The notes under the pieces were generated by a model. It did not search any database. It saw only the letters and a program-made list of their open reading frames with translations, and was not told the origin of the DNA. From NCBI GenBank assembly GCA_003345555.1, contig PRDJ01000022.1:1-29011 (forward strand): a DNA stretch of 29,011 bases, given 5' to 3'. Each line of letters begins with the position of its first letter. Position 1 is the stretch's first letter. The stretch comes from Candidatus Thorarchaeota archaeon. GTDB taxonomy: Archaea; Asgardarchaeota; Thorarchaeia; Thorarchaeales; Thorarchaeaceae. Below are positions 24,742 through 29,011 of the stretch, piece by piece. A program made the position numbers and the translations under genes.

Positions 24742-26289
24742 TTACAACGGTATGTTGCCATGTTTCTTCGGGGGTCTGCTCTGCCTCTTGCTAGCTAGCA
24801 TCTCTAGTCCTTTGCATATGAGCGGTCGCGTCTCATGCGGGAAGATTACCTTGTCAATGTACCCAAGCTCTGCAGCAATGTACGGGTTAGCGAACTTGTC
24901 CCTGTATTCCTTGACGAGTTCGATACGTCGCTTCTCCTTGTTCTTCGCCTCGTCGATTTCCTTGCGAAATATGATGTTGATGGCACCGTCTGGACCCATA
25001 ACAGCTATTTCTGAAGTGGGCCACGCATAGACTAGGTCTGCACCGATATGCTTGCTGCTCATCACGTCGTATGCGCCGCCATAGGCCTTGCGAGTGATGA
25101 TCGTAATCTTGGGAACTGTTGCTTCACTGAAGGCGTAGAGGATTTTGGCCCCGTGTCGGATTATGCCGCCCCACTCCTGTGTGGTCCCCGGGAGATAACC
25201 TGGCACATCCATGAACGTAATGATAGGAATGTTGAATGCATCACAAAACCTGACGAAACGAGAGCACTTGTCCGAGGCATCGATGTCAATTGTACCAGCT
25301 AAGTGAGCTGGCTGGTTGCCGACGATTCCCACCGAACGTCCGTCGAAACGAGCAAAGCCAACTATCATGTTCTTGGCCCAGTGCTCGTGGACCTCGAAGA
25401 ACTCACCGTTGTCGACTACCTTGGTTACGACATCACGCATGTCGTAAGGCTTGTTGGGGTCATCCGGCACTACTTCATCGACAGATGAATCTACGTTGTC
25501 AGGGGCGTGGCCAGTATTCACGCGAGGAGGCTCCTCAAGATTGTTGCTTGGCATATAGCTCAGAAGCTTGCGTATCTGGCCAATGCATTCGTCCTCATTT
25601 TCACTGGCAAAGCTGGCGACGCCTGAAATTGAATTGTGGGTCATTGCGCCGCCCAGCTCCTCTTGTGTGACTTCCTCACCCGTGACTGTCTTGATAACGT
25701 CAGGCCCTGTGATGAACATGTATGAACTGTTCTTGACCATTAGCGTGAAATCAGTGACCGCGGGGCTATAGACAGCTCCACCTGCACATGGACCCATAAT
25801 CGCTGAAATCTGAGGGATTACTCCACTGGCAATTGTGTTTCGATAGAAAATCCACGCATAGCTTGCCAGTGCCTTGACGCCCTCTTGGACTCTCGCACCT
25901 GCGCCATCGTTCAACCCTATGACCGCCGCGCCCGTCTCCATCGCAAGATCCATGACCTTGCAGATTTTCAGACCATACATCTCAGACAAGGAACCACCGA
26001 AGACCGTGAAGTCTTGGCTGAAGATGTACACCTTTCTCCCGTCGATAGTACCATAGCCTGTAACTACGCCATCGCCAAGTATCTTCTTCTTCTCCATGCC
26101 GAAGTCGGTGCAACGGTGTGCCACGAATTCGTCAAGCTCTACGAAAGACCCTGCATCAAGCAGCTTCTCGATCCTTTCACGCGCCGTATACTTACCGGCC
26201 TCATGTTGCTTCGTGATTCGCTCTTCGCCGCCGCCGAGCTTGGATTCGTCGCGTTTCTTCCGAAGTTGCTCAAACCTGTCATCTGGCAT
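24742..26289 (-). CDS. Acyl-CoA carboxyltransferase beta subunit (PccB / MmdA / transcarboxylase 12S type)
   Basis: Motifs [70 protein letters not shown] and [14 protein letters not shown] 26289 follows AGGTGA (the ORF track starts at GTG 26301). Confidence 0.96.
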   Translation of the reverse strand: MPDDRFEQLRKKRDESKLGGGEERITKQHEAGKYTARERIEKLLDAGSFVELDEFVAHRCTDFGMEKKKILGDGVVTGYGTIDGRKVYIFSQDFTVFGGSLSEMYGLKICKVMDLAMETGAAVIGLNDGAGARVQEGVKALASYAWIFYRNTIASGVIPQISAIMGPCAGGAVYSPAVTDFTLMVKNSSYMFITGPDVIKTVTGEEVTQEELGGAMTHNSISGVASFASENEDECIGQIRKLLSYMPSNNLEEPPRVNTGHAPDNVDSSVDEVVPDDPNKPYDMRDVVTKVVDNGEFFEVHEHWAKNMIVGFARFDGRSVGIVGNQPAHLAGTIDIDASDKCSRFVRFCDAFNIPIITFMDVPGYLPGTTQEWGGIIRHGAKILYAFSEATVPKITIITRKAYGGAYDVMSSKHIGADLVYAWPTSEIAVMGPDGAINIIFRKEIDEAKNKEKRRIELVKEYRDKFANPYIAAELGYIDKVIFPHETRPLICKGLEMLASKRQSRPPKKHGNIPL

Positions 26290-26401
26290 GGAATGTCTCA
26301 CCTAATGTGCTCTAAAGACGTACTAGCTTGGCATATGGAGTTGGTTTTGAACATTCTGGCTGAACTCCGGAGAGACGAATGATGAATAGATATCGCCGCT
26401 T

Positions 26402-27265
26402 GTGGAGGAACCGTATAGTACGAGCATTATCGGAACGGAAAGATTATTTGGTATCTATACTTGGTTCACGAGAGGGGCGGAACCAACGACTGAGTGCTCA
26501 GACGAGTCACCTGCTGGAGAAGAGAGGAGCACTCGGAACGATGATTTTCCATCGCTGGTCTTGTTGGCCTTGGCGGTTCTTTTCACTTGGTTTGTCTTGG
26601 CGCCTATTCTCTACTGGTTGCTTGTTGCACCTTTCATTCTTTCACTGTTGGGAGCACAGATTCACCAACCTCTGAATATCAGCAGAATAGCACTCTTGTT
26701 GGCAGTCCTCGCGCTCGCAGCTCCCAGTGTCTGCATATACCTGAATGGTATGCTCACATTCTTTGGTGCCTTCGGTGAGTTCGCCGTTCTCTTGGCTACC
26801 GGCTATGTCTATGTGCAGAGCATCTCGCAAGTCGTAATCATTGCATATGCGTTCATGGTTTTCCCTCAGCTAGTTTTCACAGGGCAGCTTTGGAGATACT
26901 ACCGAGGCACTACCACGAGGGAGAACACGACTCTATCTGGAATCATATGCTTTGCTTCGGTATGCGTGCTATTCGCGCTTCCGTACGTGCTAAATGGGCC
27001 GTCTTGGTTCGGTGTAGTCATCCCGCTCACATTAGCTCCTATAATAGGTGCTATTGTTTGGAGATGCTACAAAGGCACCTCAACAAGAAGGGCCAAGACT
27101 CTATTTGGAATCATATGTTTAGTTTCATCATGTGTGCTATTCGCGACTGTGTATCTGCTGAGTATAATGCCTTGGTTTAGTGTACTCATCCCACTTCCGT
27201 TAGCTCTTATCATAGGTCTATTCATCTTGTGGCAGTTTCCACCTCAGCATTCTCCAACCAAGTGA
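26402..27265 (+). CDS. Hypothetical polytopic membrane protein, paralog 1 (true start uncertain)
   Basis: Multiple hydrophobic helices, a 56-aa internal duplication, and codon-conserved homology to paralog 2. Confidence 0.8.
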   Translation: MEEPYSTSIIGTERLFGIYTWFTRGAEPTTECSDESPAGEERSTRNDDFPSLVLLALAVLFTWFVLAPILYWLLVAPFILSLLGAQIHQPLNISRIALLLAVLALAAPSVCIYLNGMLTFFGAFGEFAVLLATGYVYVQSISQVVIIAYAFMVFPQLVFTGQLWRYYRGTTTRENTTLSGIICFASVCVLFALPYVLNGPSWFGVVIPLTLAPIIGAIVWRCYKGTSTRRAKTLFGIICLVSSCVLFATVYLLSIMPWFSVLIPLPLALIIGLFILWQFPPQHSPTK

Positions 27266-28233
27266 AGACTTCCATACTTCGAACTCTCTCATGTGCCTTC
27301 AGGTCTCACCTCTCAGAAGTCCGACAATCGCATCCTCGGAACTCGCGACGGAGTCGGCGCGCAGTACCAAGATGGGTGAACGACTGCTTCTAACGGAATT
27401 CGCATAGTACGATTACCCCAGTAACGGAAGTATTATTGGGTGCCTACGATTGCCTCAGAATAGGGGTGGAATAGACGACTGAGAGCCCGAATGATTCGCC
27501 TCTCTTAGAAGAGAGGCACACGAGGAGCTATGATTTTCCACTGCTGCTTCTGTTCGCTTCGGTAGTTCTTCTCGCTTGCTTTGTCTTGGTGCCGATTCTA
27601 TACTGGCTGCTCGTTGCACCCATGGTTCTGCTGCTATTGGGCGTACAGATTCACAGGCCTCTAAACATCAACAGAATAGCAGTCTTGTTGGCATTGCTAG
27701 CCCTCGCGGCCCCCAGTTTCTTCATGTTATTTCCTAGTACTCTCGTACTCTACGGCACCTTCGGTCAGTCTCTCGTTCCGTTGACTGGAGGCTATTTTTA
27801 CATCCAAGAATCCTACGTGACAATGATCTATGCATTTGTGTTCATGGTTGCACCTCAGCTGCTTTTCACGGGTCAGCTTTGGAGGTACTACCGGGGTATA
27901 GCAACGAGGAAAAAGACAACCCTATTTGGAATTGTGAGTCTGGCTTTTTCGAATGTGCTATTCGCATTTACGTATGCAGTGGGTGGATCATATTCGTTCA
28001 CTGTGCCTAGCATGCTTGCACTGTTCCTCGTCATAGGGGCTATTGTCTGGAGAAGTCATCTAGGAACCGCAACGGAAAGCGCCAAGGTTCGGTCTGATAT
28101 CGTGTGTATAGCCTCTTTTTGCGTGCTGTTCGTGACTATGTATCTGAGTGTAGGGTACTGGTTCAGCGTAGTCATCCCGTTTCCACTGGCTTCTATCACT
28201 GGCCTTGTCATCATGCAACTGCTCCCGCCTTAG
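26405..28233 (+). repeat. Diverged tandem duplication (about 0.85 kb, offset 989 bp) covering the upstream region and gene
   Basis: GGAA..CG.ATAGTACGA, the TATA-like box, ACGACTGAG and the coding regions all align between about 26405-27260 and about 27395-28233. Confidence 0.85.
27475..28233 (+). CDS. Hypothetical polytopic membrane protein, paralog 2 (start uncertain; first canonical start is TTG 27586)
   Basis: The frame is open from 27475 (after TAG 27472-27474) to 28233. TTESPNDSPLLEERHTRSYDFPLLLLFASVVLLACFVLVPILYWLLVAP aligns without gaps to paralog 1 TTECSDESPAGEERSTRNDDFPSLVLLALAVLFTWFVLAPILYWLLVAP. Confidence 0.7.
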   Translation, partial: TTESPNDSPLLEERHTRSYDFPLLLLFASVVLLACFVLVPILYWLLVAPMVLLLLGVQIHRPLNINRIAVLLALLALAAPSFFMLFPSTLVLYGTFGQSLVPLTGGYFYIQESYVTMIYAFVFMVAPQLLFTGQLWRYYRGIATRKKTTLFGIVSLAFSNVLFAFTYAVGGSYSFTVPSMLALFLVIGAIVWRSHLGTATESAKVRSDIVCIASFCVLFVTMYLSVGYWFSVVIPFPLASITGLVIMQLLPP

Positions 28234-28307
28234 CATTCTCTCGCTCAGAGAAGACCCGGTCTTTATCGCGGCATGTGCCAGTTGGGGATTGGGCTAAAGG
28301 CTCTGAC

Positions 28308-28498
28308 TCAAACAGCAGCTATTTCCATTTCGTGAGTATCTCTTCCCTGCGATAGAAGTATCCTCATCGTGGTGGTCTTTCCTGCACCGTTCGGTCCAAG
28401 AAAGCCGAAAACCTCGCCCTCGTCAACATGCAAAGTAAGATTCTCCGCCGCAGTGAGATCACCGAACCTCTTACTCAGATTCTCAGTGTCGATAACAC
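28308..28498 (-). pseudogene. 5' remnant of an ABC transporter ATP-binding gene
   Basis: Translates as [47 protein letters not shown], then unrelated residues and TGA at 28308-28310. There is no Q-loop, signature or Walker B, and the nearby GTG (28498) is out of frame. Confidence 0.85.
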
Positions 28499-28658
28499 GA
28501 AATCCCCCAGTTGTATCTTCAATCTCCTCGTACAGTCGTATCGTCCCGCTTGAGCGCGACGTAAAGGATTTGTCGCTCAGATGGAACCAACATGGTCCAG
28601 CCCAGCGAATACTGCCACGGCGGCCAATGCTACCTGGTTGCCGTGCCGCTTTCAGGTT

Positions 28659-29011
28659 CTACGTCTCTGTAGGCTTGCCGTCATATTCCTCTGGTCTGAC
28701 TAGGGCATCTGCCTTGGTCTTGCGCACTACCTTGTCCTGATGTTCAGGCGGCGAGTAAATGGTGTACAGTTTCAGTTCAGGTTTTTTCGATGTGTTGACC
28801 ACGTTGTGTTTCGCGCCTGCAGGAACAATAACGGCATCTCCGTCCTTCACGCGGTTCTCAACGCCGTCGATGACGACTTTCCCTTCTCCTGCTTCGAATC
28901 GGAAGAACTGATCTACATCAGCGTGCGTTTCTTCACCTATTTCCTCAAGAGGCTTGAGGCTCATGAGCACAAGTTGGCTGTGCTTGCCTGTGTACAACAC
29001 CCGACGAAAGT
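28659..29011 (-). CDS. Cupin domain protein (mannose-6-phosphate isomerase-like), 5' end outside the window
   Basis: (F)RRVLYTGKHSQLVLMSL, GEETH..DQFFRFEAG, VPAGAKHNVVN and LYTIYSPPEH. The frame stays open to the window edge. Confidence 0.92.
   Translation of the reverse strand, partial: FRRVLYTGKHSQLVLMSLKPLEEIGEETHADVDQFFRFEAGEGKVVIDGVENRVKDGDAVIVPAGAKHNVVNTSKKPELKLYTIYSPPEHQDKVVRKTKADALVRPEEYDGKPTET

Noticed and set aside
702-27180. Many 60-220 aa antisense or overlapping ORFs in the track (e.g. 7043-7519, 9509-10165, 10270-10686, 25885-26382, 26379-26675)
   Set aside because: They overlap well-supported genes in other frames or strands and lack motifs; treated as shadow ORFs.
28308-28661. 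The cupin TAG (28659-28661) is followed in frame by 116 sense codons that run into the ABC fragment, suggesting pyrrolysine or readthrough
   Set aside because: TAG is the ordinary stop for many genes in this window (1998, 2109, 4033, 6992, 8876, 8954, 10258, 11971, 19549), the linker is not protein-like, and the ABC part is truncated anyway.
28369-28740. 123-aa plus-strand [17 protein letters not shown]...
   Set aside because: This is the typical antisense shadow of an ABC Walker A region; the real signal is on the minus strand.

Overview
A gene-dense archaeal window. The evidence is BRE/TATA-like promoters, GGTGA/GGAGG ribosome-binding sites, frequent TTG/GTG starts, ATGA-coupled operons and archaeal-type LeuCD, thiolase and DUF35 genes. 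The repeat-rich surface proteins and small Zn-ribbon proteins suggest an Asgard (Thorarchaeia-like) genome, but that is inference only. From left to right it holds: a 5'-truncated glycyl radical enzyme; a membrane protein and an FAH-family hydrolase; an operon of a small Cys protein, a LeuB-like dehydrogenase, LeuC and LeuD; a large membrane protein; and a minus-strand acyl-CoA cluster. That cluster comprises a keto-acid carboxyltransferase (5S/OadA/PycB-like), a biotin carrier, a thiolase-like protein lacking the catalytic Cys, an unannotated 47-aa Cys-rich ORF, a DUF35 protein and an IVD-type acyl-CoA dehydrogenase. Next come a 1675-aa surface protein with 16 tandem cadherin/Ig-like repeats, a PH/zinc-ribbon protein, a radical SAM enzyme, a second surface protein with 8 Ig-like repeats and an acyl-CoA carboxyltransferase (12S/PccB-like). 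The window ends with two tandem paralogous membrane proteins, a truncated ABC-ATPase remnant and an edge-truncated cupin. I saw no rRNA, tRNA, CRISPR array or transposase. The strongest candidate system is an ATP-independent transcarboxylase (5S + 1.3S + 12S equivalents, with no biotin carboxylase or Na+-pump subunit in the window) linked to a Cys-less thiolase/DUF35 module and an acyl-CoA dehydrogenase. Alignments, lengths and coordinates were worked out by hand; no database search was run.
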